Of a DNA stretch of 64,000 nucleotides, positions 55,520 to 64,000 are shown piece after piece. This stretch comes from Oscillospiraceae bacterium. GTDB taxonomy: Bacteria > Bacillota > Clostridia > Oscillospirales > Ruminococcaceae. A model generated the notes under the pieces. That model was not told where the DNA came from, did no database searches, and saw nothing but the letters and a program-made list of their open reading frames with translations. The position numbers and the translations under genes are program-made. The stretch covers positions 20,767 to 84,766 of the forward strand of contig JAGBAZ010000035.1 of assembly GCA_018110905.1 (NCBI GenBank), in the 5' to 3' direction. Positions within the stretch are counted from its first letter, which is position 1. Each line of letters begins with the position of its first letter.

Positions 55520-57253
55520 TCATTTTTCATTGAATACTGTCTGAAGTCTTGCTTTTGCGTCTTCAATCTGTTTTTTCAGACTTTCAATTTCATCTAATAT
55601 TTCCTGATATCTTTTGGCAATATGATTTTGTTCTTCCATTGAAGGTAACGGAATATTAACTTTTTTGAGTTTATCTACACCGATGTTTGGAATAGTTGCG
55701 CCGACCGTAATACTTTTCAAAACAGCAATTCCTTGTTCGCTTTCAAAGAAAGCCTTAACGTAATACGGATTTGCTTTAACCCCGTCCAACTCAATTATGT
55801 AGAGATTTCCGTTGGCCAAAATCTTCTGACCTTCAATTACAGAAGCAACTGCGACTTTATAGGGATACCCATTTTTTGAAAGGATGAGATTTCCATCCTT
55901 AAGACAGTATTTATCAAGTTTTGAATCTATTTCAGACAAATGCGGAAGATCCTTGTCAATGATTCCATCCTGAATATTCGAAAGCATGAGATATTGCATA
56001 TTTGTTTCTTCTTCAGTAGCAATCTCATCAAGCTGTGTAGCCGTGCATTGTGCGCCTCGAGTAATACTCTTTATCACATCCTCGAAAGGCACGGCATTTT
56101 CAAACTCAATATCTTTTTTAAGATATCTGCTGAGACTAAGTGCATATTCATTCTCCATAAGTTCGTTTACGGAAATCGTTCTGCTGTTATCAGAATCATT
56201 TTGGAAAAGTTGAAGAATTATATCTATGTCTTCATTACTGAATGTGTTTTGTCTACGGCCTTGCTGACAGATTTCTGTAGCATCGATCATTCTTACACCA
56301 GTATTACCATAGCTGAAAACAACCATTGTTGTGGAAATAGCTGTGAAGTTGAACATTTTAGCTGGAAGAGAAATGACACTTTCTATCATCCCTTTTTCAA
56401 CAAAATGTCTTCTCATCGGCATATCTATGCTATTCCAAGTACTTCCGTTTGTCATAATTCCTATTGCTTTTCCGTTTTCTTTTAATGAATCGCAGATGAG
56501 AGCAGAAAAAATCCAGTCGGAAGAAGTTGCTTTTGAAAGATCGGGATATTTTTGGGTAAGATTTTCAAAATATTTTGCGCCTGAATCGAGGTTTTTCAAA
56601 TGAAGGCCAAAAGGATAATTAGAGAATATTTTATCAAATTTATAATTGCCTTCCACTAAATCAAAAGCATCAATGCACTTAAAAACAATGTCTGCATTTA
56701 AAATATCGGCTTTAATCTCCGCAAAGGTCTTGTTTCTTTCGTTGATTTCATATCCGTAAAGTTCTGCACTATGTTCCTCAAAACTTTCAGAAATCAAATA
56801 AGTACCCGTTCCGCAGCAAATATCTGCAACTTTTTCTCCTCTATTTACGCCAAGAATTTTCTTTGCAAGATTGACTACAGAATCCGGAGTTGCAACGTCA
56901 TCAAAAGAGGGGTATTCATCAATTAAGGAAAGTATTGTTTTTGCAAAATCTTTACTGCTATATTTGAAACTAAGTTTTAACAGCTCAAACCATTTCTTTT
57001 CATCGAGGAATTCTTTTGCAAAATTTGTCACGAATTCATTGTCCGTAACTTTGCCAAAAATAATTTCTTCAAAAGACACAGTATGGGGAGCATTGAAAAA
57101 GCTGATTTTGTAAAGAAGATATGCTGCAACAATAGAACAATAAGGATTTTTGCTAATTTCTTCTTTCAAGCATGCTGCTATTTCAGACGAAATCTGTTTT
57201 GCAATTTTTTTGTTTTCTTTATCGTCAATGGAAAATTCTTTTGGATAGTTCAT
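55520..57253 (-). CDS. N6-adenine DNA methyltransferase fused to a single HsdS-like target-recognition domain
   Basis: TPDSVVNLAKKIL..GEKVADICCGTGTYL (motif I), FDKIFSNYPFG (motif IV-like, NYPF instead of NPPF/Y), and a C-terminal TRD ending in the HsdS-type helix EEQNHIAKRYQEILDEIESLKKQIEDAKARL. Confidence 0.78.
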   Translation of the reverse strand: MNYPKEFSIDDKENKKIAKQISSEIAACLKEEISKNPYCSIVAAYLLYKISFFNAPHTVSFEEIIFGKVTDNEFVTNFAKEFLDEKKWFELLKLSFKYSSKDFAKTILSLIDEYPSFDDVATPDSVVNLAKKILGVNRGEKVADICCGTGTYLISESFEEHSAELYGYEINERNKTFAEIKADILNADIVFKCIDAFDLVEGNYKFDKIFSNYPFGLHLKNLDSGAKYFENLTQKYPDLSKATSSDWIFSALICDSLKENGKAIGIMTNGSTWNSIDMPMRRHFVEKGMIESVISLPAKMFNFTAISTTMVVFSYGNTGVRMIDATEICQQGRRQNTFSNEDIDIILQLFQNDSDNSRTISVNELMENEYALSLSRYLKKDIEFENAVPFEDVIKSITRGAQCTATQLDEIATEEETNMQYLMLSNIQDGIIDKDLPHLSEIDSKLDKYCLKDGNLILSKNGYPYKVAVASVIEGQKILANGNLYIIELDGVKANPYYVKAFFESEQGIAVLKSITVGATIPNIGVDKLKKVNIPLPSMEEQNHIAKRYQEILDEIESLKKQIEDAKARLQTVFNEK

Positions 57254-57313
57254 AAGTTATATCTCCTTTTTAGTTTTTTGGTTTTTTATAACCATAATTC
57301 GGATTACAACTAG

Positions 57314-57342
57314 AGTATAACACCCGTCAAGCAGCTTGTCAA
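57314..57342 (-). promoter_or_regulatory. sigma-A-like promoter upstream of the methyltransferase-TRD gene
   Basis: Minus strand has TTGACA, a 17-nt spacer, then TATACT, about 60 nt upstream of ATG 57253. Confidence 0.55.
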
Positions 57343-57526
57343 TGGTTTTTCTAAATCTTTAAAAAATATTTTTGGTTATTCATAACCTTTTGATGCAAAA
57401 TGTTGGGCGATTACGTTCTCTCTTTCCTTATTTACATATTTTTCTATAAGGAGAATTATAGTTTTATAATTTGATTCTAATCTAATTTTCATATATTTTC
57501 TTTAATAAGCAAAATATAATAAAAAA

Positions 57527-57554
57527 ACACCGTCTTGCTTTCGCAAGACGGTGT
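57527..57554 (-). terminator. rho-independent terminator downstream of tRNA-Ala
   Basis: 12-bp stem acaccgtcttgc/gcaagacggtgt, loop tttc, followed on the minus strand by T7. Confidence 0.7.
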
Positions 57555-57631
57555 TTCTGTTTTATGTATCAGATCATCACCTTTGCGGCGAAACCGCCGC
57601 AGAAAAAGAAGGTGTTCGTCCAATACTGTTC

Positions 57632-57707
<76 letters not shown>

Positions 57708-57737
57708 AAGTTTACCGCTGATCTATCAGCGGTAATT

Positions 57738-57766
57738 ATTATAGCACAGAACTTTGTTTCTGTCCA
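57738..57766 (-). promoter_or_regulatory. sigma-A-like promoter of tRNA-Ala
   Basis: Minus strand has TGGACA, a 17-nt spacer, then TGcTATAAT (extended -10). An 8-bp hairpin (57714-57733) lies between the promoter and the tRNA. Confidence 0.5.
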
Positions 57767-57784
57767 TAGTTTTCAGGAAATTTT

Positions 57785-58729
57785 TTAATCAGTACTGATA
57801 AGTTTACCCATAATGATAAATCTCTGGTTTGCACCAAGACCGCTGTAATAACGGGTGCAGGTGGAAAGAGTGATTATCTTATCGCTATCACCAACGTCCA
57901 TTCCGAAATCAAAAAGGCTCATCTTCATAGCTTTCGATGCAACGGAAGAAACGTCGATGTTGTTGCAGTTGATATAGAAAGAAAGGTCTTTTGTAAAGCA
58001 AACCGCAAAAACTTTAAAGGTGTGAACGCCTTCGTTGGTGGTAAGGTAAATATATTGGTTCTCCGCTACGAAATCTTCATAGGTGTAAGCCATAAGGGAT
58101 TCGAACTGGCTTCCGGTTTTTTTGAACGGAACAAAACAGTTGTTCCAGTTATGGCCGTAAATAACAGTGTTCTGAGAAAGTTCGCCGCTTCTTAAATGTG
58201 CTGTTTTAGCTGCCCATGCAACGCTGCTGGGTTCATAATAGGTTGTCGAGGTGGAACATTGCCAGATGGCTTTGTCCTGAATGCTTGTTCCCTGGACAGT
58301 AAGATGGGCCGCAACACTTTTATCAGAAAGTGAATATTTTCCAACAGAACCGCTGAATCCCGGATCTGCCGCAGAACCGACGCCGACCTGCCAGTTTCCG
58401 CCGCCGGAACCGGAAGGTGCAGTATTTTCCACGATTGGTTCTTTGGGTTTTATGGTTTCCACAAGATTTGTGTATTTTGTCATATAAAGGTTTTTATAAA
58501 GCGTTCCGCGAAGATAGGTATAATCTCTTTTCGGTTCGCAAACCGCAGAGGAAAGTCCTTCTGTTTCAAATATTTCTTCCGGAGCTTCCTGTTCATTTTC
58601 GTTTTTTTCTTCTGCCGAATTTTCCTGAACAGGTTTGTTCGCAGCCATAAAAACACTTGCAAAAACAGTTGTTGCCGTTACGATAATAATAAGCAAAGCC
58701 GCTAAAATCACGATCAGTTTCTTATTCAA
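57785..58729 (-). CDS. srtB: class B sortase with an N-terminal membrane anchor and long linker
   Basis: VIYGHNW, catalytic TLSTC, and a downstream conserved Arg (NQRFIIMGKL). N-terminal TM KLIVILAALLIIIVTATTVFA. Confidence 0.78.
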   Translation of the reverse strand: MNKKLIVILAALLIIIVTATTVFASVFMAANKPVQENSAEEKNENEQEAPEEIFETEGLSSAVCEPKRDYTYLRGTLYKNLYMTKYTNLVETIKPKEPIVENTAPSGSGGGNWQVGVGSAADPGFSGSVGKYSLSDKSVAAHLTVQGTSIQDKAIWQCSTSTTYYEPSSVAWAAKTAHLRSGELSQNTVIYGHNWNNCFVPFKKTGSQFESLMAYTYEDFVAENQYIYLTTNEGVHTFKVFAVCFTKDLSFYINCNNIDVSSVASKAMKMSLFDFGMDVGDSDKIITLSTCTRYYSGLGANQRFIIMGKLISTD

Positions 58730-58887
58730 AATATCGCCTCCTTTTCCAATTTTATATTATAGCAAAACGCAGGAACTTATTCAATATTTCTTTCATTCTG
58801 TTTTCACATATTTTTAATTATCTTGACCTATTGAAGATAAAGTTATATGATATGATTAAGAAATTCCGAGAAAAGAGGACATTGAAT

Positions 58888-59961
58888 ATGAAAAATTTTG
58901 GTTTCGGGCTCATGCGCCTTCCCATGAACGGCGAAGAAGTTGATATTGAGCAGGTCAAAAAAATGACCGACCGTTTTATGGAAGAGGGCTTTACATATTT
59001 TGATACCGCTCACCCTTATATCAAAGGAAAAAGCGAAACCGCAATCCGCGAAGCTCTTGTAAAACGCTATCCCAGAGAAAGCTTTGTTCTTGCCGATAAA
59101 CTCAGCTCCAGCACCTTTGAAAAAGAGGAGGATGTCCGTCCGATTTTTGAAACCATGCTGGAAGCCTGCGGTGTTGAATATTTCGATTATTTCCTTATGC
59201 ACGCCCAAAGCCGCAATAACTATCCCAAATATTGTGACTGCAACGCTTATGAAATCTGCGCCGAACTTAAAGCCGAAGGAAAAATAAAACATCTCGGAAT
59301 GTCTTTCCACGATTCCGCCAAATATCTTGAAAAAATCCTTACCGAAAAGCCGATGGTTGAATTTGTCCAGCTCCAGTTCAACTATGTTGACTATGAAGAT
59401 GACGAAGTCCAGGCAAGAAAATGCCTTGAGGTCTGCCGCAAATTCGGAAAAAGCGTTATCGTAATGGAACCTGTCCGCGGAGGAAGCCTTGTTGCTCTTC
59501 CGGAAGAAGCGAAAAATCTTCTTGAATCCACCGGAAAAAGCTGCGCCGAATATGCCGTACGCTATGCCGCTTCCCACGAAGGAATTTTCATGGTTCTTTC
59601 CGGAATGAGTTCCATTGAACAGCTCGAGGAAAACATCGGTTTCATGAAGGATTTCCAGCCCCTTAACGAGGAAGAATTTGCCCTTCTTGACAAAGTTGTT
59701 GAAATCGTAAATTCTGTTGAACAGATCCCCTGCACTTCCTGCAAATACTGCACTGAAGTCTGCCCGAAGAATATCGCCATTCCCGGAATTTTCGGCATTC
59801 TTAACGAGATCCGCCGTTATGACAAAGAACATACCTGGATCCCCGGTTTTGGTGAACGCAGTGCTTCCAACTGCATAAAATGCGGAAAATGCGAAAAAGC
59901 ATGTCCCCAGCATATAGAAATCAGAAAATATCTCGAAGAAGCCGCAAAAACCATTGAATAA
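58888..59961 (+). CDS. aldo/keto reductase with a C-terminal 4Fe-4S ferredoxin-type domain
   Basis: Start at ATG 58888 (MKNFGFGLMRLP). AKR motifs are present, plus two Cys clusters CTSCKYCTEVCP and CIKCGKCEKACP. Confidence 0.82.
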   Translation: MKNFGFGLMRLPMNGEEVDIEQVKKMTDRFMEEGFTYFDTAHPYIKGKSETAIREALVKRYPRESFVLADKLSSSTFEKEEDVRPIFETMLEACGVEYFDYFLMHAQSRNNYPKYCDCNAYEICAELKAEGKIKHLGMSFHDSAKYLEKILTEKPMVEFVQLQFNYVDYEDDEVQARKCLEVCRKFGKSVIVMEPVRGGSLVALPEEAKNLLESTGKSCAEYAVRYAASHEGIFMVLSGMSSIEQLEENIGFMKDFQPLNEEEFALLDKVVEIVNSVEQIPCTSCKYCTEVCPKNIAIPGIFGILNEIRRYDKEHTWIPGFGERSASNCIKCGKCEKACPQHIEIRKYLEEAAKTIE

Positions 59962-59967
59962 TTTTTT

Positions 59968-60000
59968 GAGCACGGAAGTTTTTCCGTGCTCGTTTTGTTT
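59968..60000 (+). terminator. rho-independent terminator
   Basis: gagcacgga-agtttt-tccgtgctc followed by gttttgttt. Confidence 0.75.
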
Positions 60001-60080
60001 TCCTGTTGAAAAACAAAACGAAAGGTGATAAGATTAAACCAAATCAAACTTCTGTTTTATAACGAAAGGAGAAAGAAATC

Positions 60081-60449
60081 ATGGGAAAATTTGCAGTTAA
60101 AGAAACCGCCACCGGCGTTAAATTCAATCTTCTTGCCGCCAATGGCCAGATCATCGGCGTTTCCGAAGTTTATTCCGGAAAAGAAGCCTGCCTTAAAGGC
60201 ATCGAAAGCGTAAAGAAAAACGCAGAAGCCGCAAACCTTGAAGACCAGACTTCCGAACCTATCGAAGCAGCAACCTGCCCCAAATTCGAAATTTATACCG
60301 ACAAAGCCGGCGAATTCCGTTTCCGTCTTAAAGCACGCAACGGCGAAATCATTCTTTCTTCCGAAGGATACAAAGCAAAAGCTTCCTGCGAAAACGGAAT
60401 CGAATCCGTCCGCAAAAATGCTCCGGAAGCGGAAATTGTTGAAGAATAA
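60081..60449 (+). CDS. YegP-family (tandem DUF1508) protein
   Basis: Two repeats: FNLLAANGQIIGVSEVYSGKEACLKGIESVKKNA and FRLKARNGEIILSSEGYKAKASCENGIESVRKNA. Confidence 0.85.
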   Translation: MGKFAVKETATGVKFNLLAANGQIIGVSEVYSGKEACLKGIESVKKNAEAANLEDQTSEPIEAATCPKFEIYTDKAGEFRFRLKARNGEIILSSEGYKAKASCENGIESVRKNAPEAEIVEE

Positions 60450-60464
60450 ACAAAAATATATAAA

Positions 60465-60487
60465 AGCACGCCGCGGCGTGCTTTTTT
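60465..60487 (+). terminator. rho-independent terminator
   Basis: GC-rich palindrome agcacgccgcggcgtgct followed by a T-run. Confidence 0.7.
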
Positions 60488-60548
60488 ATTGCTAAAATAC
60501 GGCAGCAGTGGTAAAATAATTATATCATTTTAATGACGAGGTGTTTTT

Positions 60549-61415
60549 ATGGAAAAAGCAAAAGTTTATTTCACCCGTGATATAAGTCCCGAAGGTCTTA
60601 TGAAAGTTTATGAAGCACTTTCTCCGGAACTTCCGGGAAAAGTTGCTGTAAAAGTCCATTCCGGCGAAACCGGAAACCAAAACTTCCTTCGCCCCGATTT
60701 CTGGAAAGAACTTATCGAAAAAGTCGGCGGCACCGTTACCGAATGTAACACCGCTTATGAAGGCACCCGCAACACCACCGAAAAACACCTTAAAACCATC
60801 GAGGAACACGGTTGGAACAAATATTTCCCGGTGGATCTTCTCGATGCGGAAGGCCCGGATCTTGAACTTCCGATTCCGGAAGGAAAAGTTATCAAAAAGA
60901 ACTTTGTCGGCAAGAACATCGTAAACTACGATTCTCTTCTTGTTCTTTCCCATTTCAAAGGTCACCCTATGGGCGGTTACGGCGGTGCGCTTAAACAGCT
61001 TTCCATCGGCATTGCTTCCTCTTTCGGAAAAGCCTATATACACGGCGCAGGTGAACCGGAAAAAATCTGGAGTTCCGACCACGATTCTTTCCTTGAATCC
61101 ATGGCGGACGCCGCTTCCTCCGTTGTAAAATATTTCGGCGGAAAGGCCGCTTATATCAACGTTATGAAAAACATGTCCGTTGACTGTGACTGCTGTGATG
61201 TTGCGGAAGACCCCTGCATGAAAGATATCGGCATTCTCTGCAGCCTTGACCCCATCGCCATTGACAGAGCCTGTCTTGACCTTGTTTATGCTTCCGATGA
61301 CCCGGGCCGCGATCACCTTCTTGAAAGAATTGAAAGCCGCAACGGCGTCCACACTATCGAAGCTGCCGCTGAACTCGGTTTCGGAACACCCGAATATGAA
61401 CTTATTGAAATCTGA
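60549..61415 (+). CDS. DUF362-domain protein
   Basis: KVYFTRDISPEGLMKVYEAL...KVAVKVHSGE N-terminus and a Cys-rich SVDCDCC segment, typical of DUF362 proteins as recalled. Not verified by search. Confidence 0.65.
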   Translation: MEKAKVYFTRDISPEGLMKVYEALSPELPGKVAVKVHSGETGNQNFLRPDFWKELIEKVGGTVTECNTAYEGTRNTTEKHLKTIEEHGWNKYFPVDLLDAEGPDLELPIPEGKVIKKNFVGKNIVNYDSLLVLSHFKGHPMGGYGGALKQLSIGIASSFGKAYIHGAGEPEKIWSSDHDSFLESMADAASSVVKYFGGKAAYINVMKNMSVDCDCCDVAEDPCMKDIGILCSLDPIAIDRACLDLVYASDDPGRDHLLERIESRNGVHTIEAAAELGFGTPEYELIEI

Positions 61416-61425
61416 TTTTAAAAAC

Positions 61426-61457
61426 TAAAAAAAGCCGCCCACCGGGCGGCTTTTTTG
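61426..61457. terminator. bidirectional rho-independent terminator
   Basis: agccgccc-acc-gggcggct flanked by A7 and T6, between convergent genes. Confidence 0.8.
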
Positions 61458-61466
61458 TTTTTATAT

Positions 61467-61841
61467 TCAGGGCTGCTGTTTTCCGCAGTTAAGACAGAAT
61501 TTTGCGGTTACGTCAAGTTCTTTTCCGCAATAGGGACAAAATTTTGAACCGCTGTCTTCCGCAGGAGCTTTCGGTGCTTTAAGGGATTCTATCTCCGCGC
61601 GCATTTCGGTAATTTTGTTTCTGCTTGCAAGAACACCTTCATAAATTGCCATAACCTCTTCGTCAAGGGTTTCTCCCGCATCTATTCTGGCTACGTAATA
61701 TTCGCCGATTTTTCTGATTATATCGTTAAGAGTGCGCTGTTCGGAATCGATTTTTGCCGAAAGTTTTGTGGTTTCAATGGCGTTGTTCGTTTTTTCCGTT
61801 GCGGTTTTTGCAAAATCGTTTATTTTATCTAAAAATGCCAT
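61467..61841 (-). CDS. zinc-ribbon domain protein with an N-terminal coiled coil
   Basis: C-terminal CPYCGKELDVTAKFCLNCGK (CxxC...CxxC). Confidence 0.6.
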   Translation of the reverse strand: MAFLDKINDFAKTATEKTNNAIETTKLSAKIDSEQRTLNDIIRKIGEYYVARIDAGETLDEEVMAIYEGVLASRNKITEMRAEIESLKAPKAPAEDSGSKFCPYCGKELDVTAKFCLNCGKQQP

Positions 61842-62019
61842 AAAAATTCCTCCTTTTTATTACACATTTTTATTTTACTATATTTTATCGCAAAAGTCAG
61901 CGAAAATTGACTGCTTTTTTAAAACAAAATATTAATATTTTTTTAATTCTGACCCATGCAGCCCTTTTTTCATATTTTGATAATGGGTAAAAACCACATT
62001 TTTCTGAAAGGAAGATTTT

Positions 62020-62253
62020 ATGAAAAATTTTTCACTTTGTGATATGAAAAAAGGCGACATGGCTTTAATAGAAAAAATCAAAACAAAAGGCGCTCTTCGG
62101 CAAAGGCTGTTCGATCTCGGTTTTGTGGAAGGAACAAAAGTCAAATGCGTAAAAACAAGTCCTTTTGGTGACCCAAAGGCTTTTCTTGTCCGGGGTTCCG
62201 TAATTGCACTGCGGAATGAAGATTCTTCGGGTATCCTGGGGGTGAAACTTTGA
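62020..62253 (+). CDS. feoA: ferrous iron transport protein A
   Basis: 77 aa, SH3-like FeoA pattern (RQRLFDLGFVEGTKVKCV...GDPKAFLVRGSVIALR). Immediately upstream of feoB. Confidence 0.85.
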   Translation: MKNFSLCDMKKGDMALIEKIKTKGALRQRLFDLGFVEGTKVKCVKTSPFGDPKAFLVRGSVIALRNEDSSGILGVKL

Positions 62254-64000
62254 TTTCCGGAACAATAGCCCTTGCGGGCAACCCAAATGTAGGCAAAAGC
62301 ACGGTTTTCAATTCCCTTACCGGTTTGAACCAGCACACCGGAAACTGGTCCGGAAAGACCGTAGGCGCCGCTGAAGGCATTTTGAAAAGGAATGGAAAGG
62401 AAATAAAGCTTATCGATCTTCCGGGTACATATTCTCTTTCTGCCGATTCCGCCGAAGAAGATGTGACACGGGATTTTCTTTGCTTTGAAAAATTCGACGC
62501 TGCCGTTGTTGTCTGCGATGCCTGCTGTCTTGAACGCAATCTTATTTTTGCGCTCCAGGTTGCACAGCTTGTACCGAAAACGCTTATTTGCGTAAATATG
62601 ATCGACGATGCCCGCAAAAAAGGCATTGAGATAGATACCGATGCTCTTTCAAAAGAAACCGGTCTTCCTGCAATCAAAATTTCCGCCGCAAATTCCGAGG
62701 GAATAGAAGAACTTGAAAAATCGATTTTTGAACTTGCAAACGGAAAAATCAAAACAGATTTTATACCTTTGCGGTACCCGAAAAACATTGAAAAGCCTCT
62801 TGACGAACTTTCCTCTGTTTTAAAAAGCGAATTTGGTTTCCGGGGTATATATCCTGCTCTGAAAATACTTGAAAATGATAAAGGTTTTATCGGTGAATTC
62901 GAAAAACGTTTTGGAAAAATTCCCGAAAACAAAACTTTGCATTCCTTGCTTGATAGTTTTGAAATACCCGATGATGTTTCCGAAAAAATTTCTGCCTGCA
63001 CTGTTTTTCGTGCAGAGGAAATCTGCCTTTCGGCAGTAAAATTTTCCGATAAAAATAAAATTTGTAAAGATGATAAAATCGACTCCGTGCTCACCGGAAA
63101 AATTTTGGGTATACCTCTGATGCTTTTGCTTTTTGCATTTATTTTCTGGCTCACAGTTTCGGGAGCTAATTATCCTTCAGAATTTCTTTCGTCTCTTTTT
63201 GCAAAAATCGGTGAATGGCTGAACTCCGCTTTTTTAAAAATCGGCGTTCCGCATTTGCTCAAAAGTCTGCTGCTTGATGGGATATGGAAGGTTCTGAGCT
63301 GGGTCGTTGCGGTAATGCTTCCGCCAATGGCAATTTTCTTTCCGCTTTTCACTTTCCTCGAAGATATCGGCTATCTTCCCCGAATTGCCTTTAACCTTGA
63401 CAAAGGATTCAAATCCTCCGGCACCTGCGGAAAGCAAGCGCTGACCATGTGTATGGGAATCGGCTGCGGTTCTGTCGGTGTAACCGGCGCAAGAATTATC
63501 GATTCGCCCCGGGAAAGGCTTATTGCAATTATCACAAACAGCTTTATGCCCTGCAACGGAAAACTCCCGGCAATAATAGCGCTTATTTCAATGTTTTTTA
63601 CTGATTCCGCCGTGCTCGGAGCCGTAATCCTGACTGCTCTTGTGGCTTTTTCCGTGCTCATGACTCTTTTTGCCTCAAAAATCCTTTCAAAAACCGTGCT
63701 CAAAGGAATTCCCGCCAGCTTTACTCTTGAACTTCCGCCCTACCGTCTTCCGAAAATCAAAAAAATCATAATCCGTTCCGTTCTGGACAGAACCCTTAAA
63801 ATCCTTGCAAGAGCTGTTATTGTTGCTGTTCCTGCCGGCATTATAATCTGGTTGTGCTCAAATGTCCTGATCAACGAAAAAACCATGCTCGAAATATTTT
63901 CTTTGTTTCTTGATCCTTTTGCAAGAATTTTCGGGCTTGACGGAAACATTCTTTCCGGTTTCATTCTTTCTTTTCCGGCAAACGAAATTGCGCTTCCGAT
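62250..64000 (+). CDS. feoB: ferrous iron transport protein B (partial, continues beyond window end)
   Basis: TTG start overlapping the feoA stop (TTGA). G-domain IALAGNPNVGKSTVFNSLTG, then polytopic membrane region (GIPLMLLLFAFIFW..., CGKQALTMCMGIGCG). Not in the ORF track because no stop codon is reached. Confidence 0.88.
   Translation, partial: MISGTIALAGNPNVGKSTVFNSLTGLNQHTGNWSGKTVGAAEGILKRNGKEIKLIDLPGTYSLSADSAEEDVTRDFLCFEKFDAAVVVCDACCLERNLIFALQVAQLVPKTLICVNMIDDARKKGIEIDTDALSKETGLPAIKISAANSEGIEELEKSIFELANGKIKTDFIPLRYPKNIEKPLDELSSVLKSEFGFRGIYPALKILENDKGFIGEFEKRFGKIPENKTLHSLLDSFEIPDDVSEKISACTVFRAEEICLSAVKFSDKNKICKDDKIDSVLTGKILGIPLMLLLFAFIFWLTVSGANYPSEFLSSLFAKIGEWLNSAFLKIGVPHLLKSLLLDGIWKVLSWVVAVMLPPMAIFFPLFTFLEDIGYLPRIAFNLDKGFKSSGTCGKQALTMCMGIGCGSVGVTGARIIDSPRERLIAIITNSFMPCNGKLPAIIALISMFFTDSAVLGAVILTALVAFSVLMTLFASKILSKTVLKGIPASFTLELPPYRLPKIKKIIIRSVLDRTLKILARAVIVAVPAGIIIWLCSNVLINEKTMLEIFSLFLDPFARIFGLDGNILSGFILSFPANEIALP

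Larger units (their letters stand above)
44365..57342 (-). other. AT-rich defence/restriction-modification block adjacent to tRNA-Ala
   Basis: All genes are co-oriented and visibly more AT-rich than the flanks. Contains the TcmP operon, the type I R-M operon with a KAP insert, and a second methyltransferase. Confidence 0.6.

Noticed and set aside
46733-57253. BREX or DISARM interpretation of the block with two methyltransferases.
   Set aside because: No PglZ phosphatase, BrxC/BrxL, DrmA/B/C or PLD-type genes are present. The hsdM-hsdS-hsdR trio is a canonical type I set.
51250-57253. Phase-variable hsdS shufflon driven by the integrase-like 313-aa protein.
   Set aside because: There is only one full hsdS gene plus the TRD of the fusion protein. 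Their conserved helices differ in sequence, and I saw no inverted repeats shared between them. The integrase-like protein lacks assignable catalytic residues.
57555-57631. Second tRNA or a tRNA-fragment att repeat between tRNA-Ala and its terminator (contains hairpin tgcggcg-aaac-cgccgca). Also searched for a copy of the tRNA 3' end at the distal island ends (30.97-31.3 kb and 44.26-44.37 kb).
   Set aside because: No cloverleaf can be folded there, and no stretch matching the tRNA 3' half was found at either candidate distal boundary.

Overview
The window looks like a moderately AT-rich Firmicutes (Clostridia-like) chromosome. Evidence: lipobox lipoproteins, GGAGG ribosome-binding sites, and TnpV/TnpW genes typical of clostridial transposons. 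The flanks (1-30.9 kb and 57.6-64 kb) are mostly housekeeping and transport. They hold a ggt fragment with an Opp/Dpp-type peptide ABC importer, a split ChrA pair, and a small shell-only microcompartment locus (two EutS/PduU genes plus EutP). They also hold a Liv-type amino-acid ABC importer and a giant solute-binding lipoprotein followed by two sugar-type permeases, a HlyD-like adaptor and a MacB-periplasmic-domain protein. Further flank genes are a serine hydrolase, CapA, a decayed FtsH-like gene, two membrane-anchored LuxR-type regulators with a solute-binding protein, tRNA-Ala(GGC), sortase B, an aldo/keto reductase-ferredoxin fusion, YegP, DUF362 and FeoAB. Between about 30.97 and 57.55 kb lies a visibly more AT-rich accessory island that ends next to the tRNA-Ala. 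Part (a) is an integrative-mobilizable-element-like module: large serine recombinase, ParB-like protein, MobC, relaxase, sigma-like factor, TnpV/TnpW. It carries a stand-alone 987-aa SIR2 (DSR-like) gene, a DUF4143-type ATPase and a PD-(D/E)xK nuclease-like gene. Part (b) is a defence block: a TcmP plus three-Cys radical-SAM-like plus unknown 169-aa operon, and a type I R-M operon with a KAP P-loop NTPase between hsdS and hsdR. The block also has a second methyltransferase-TRD fusion and an integrase-like protein upstream of hsdM. The best candidates for an undescribed system are the TcmP/three-Cys operon and the KAP insert. All calls come from reading motifs in the supplied translations and the DNA. 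No database search was run.
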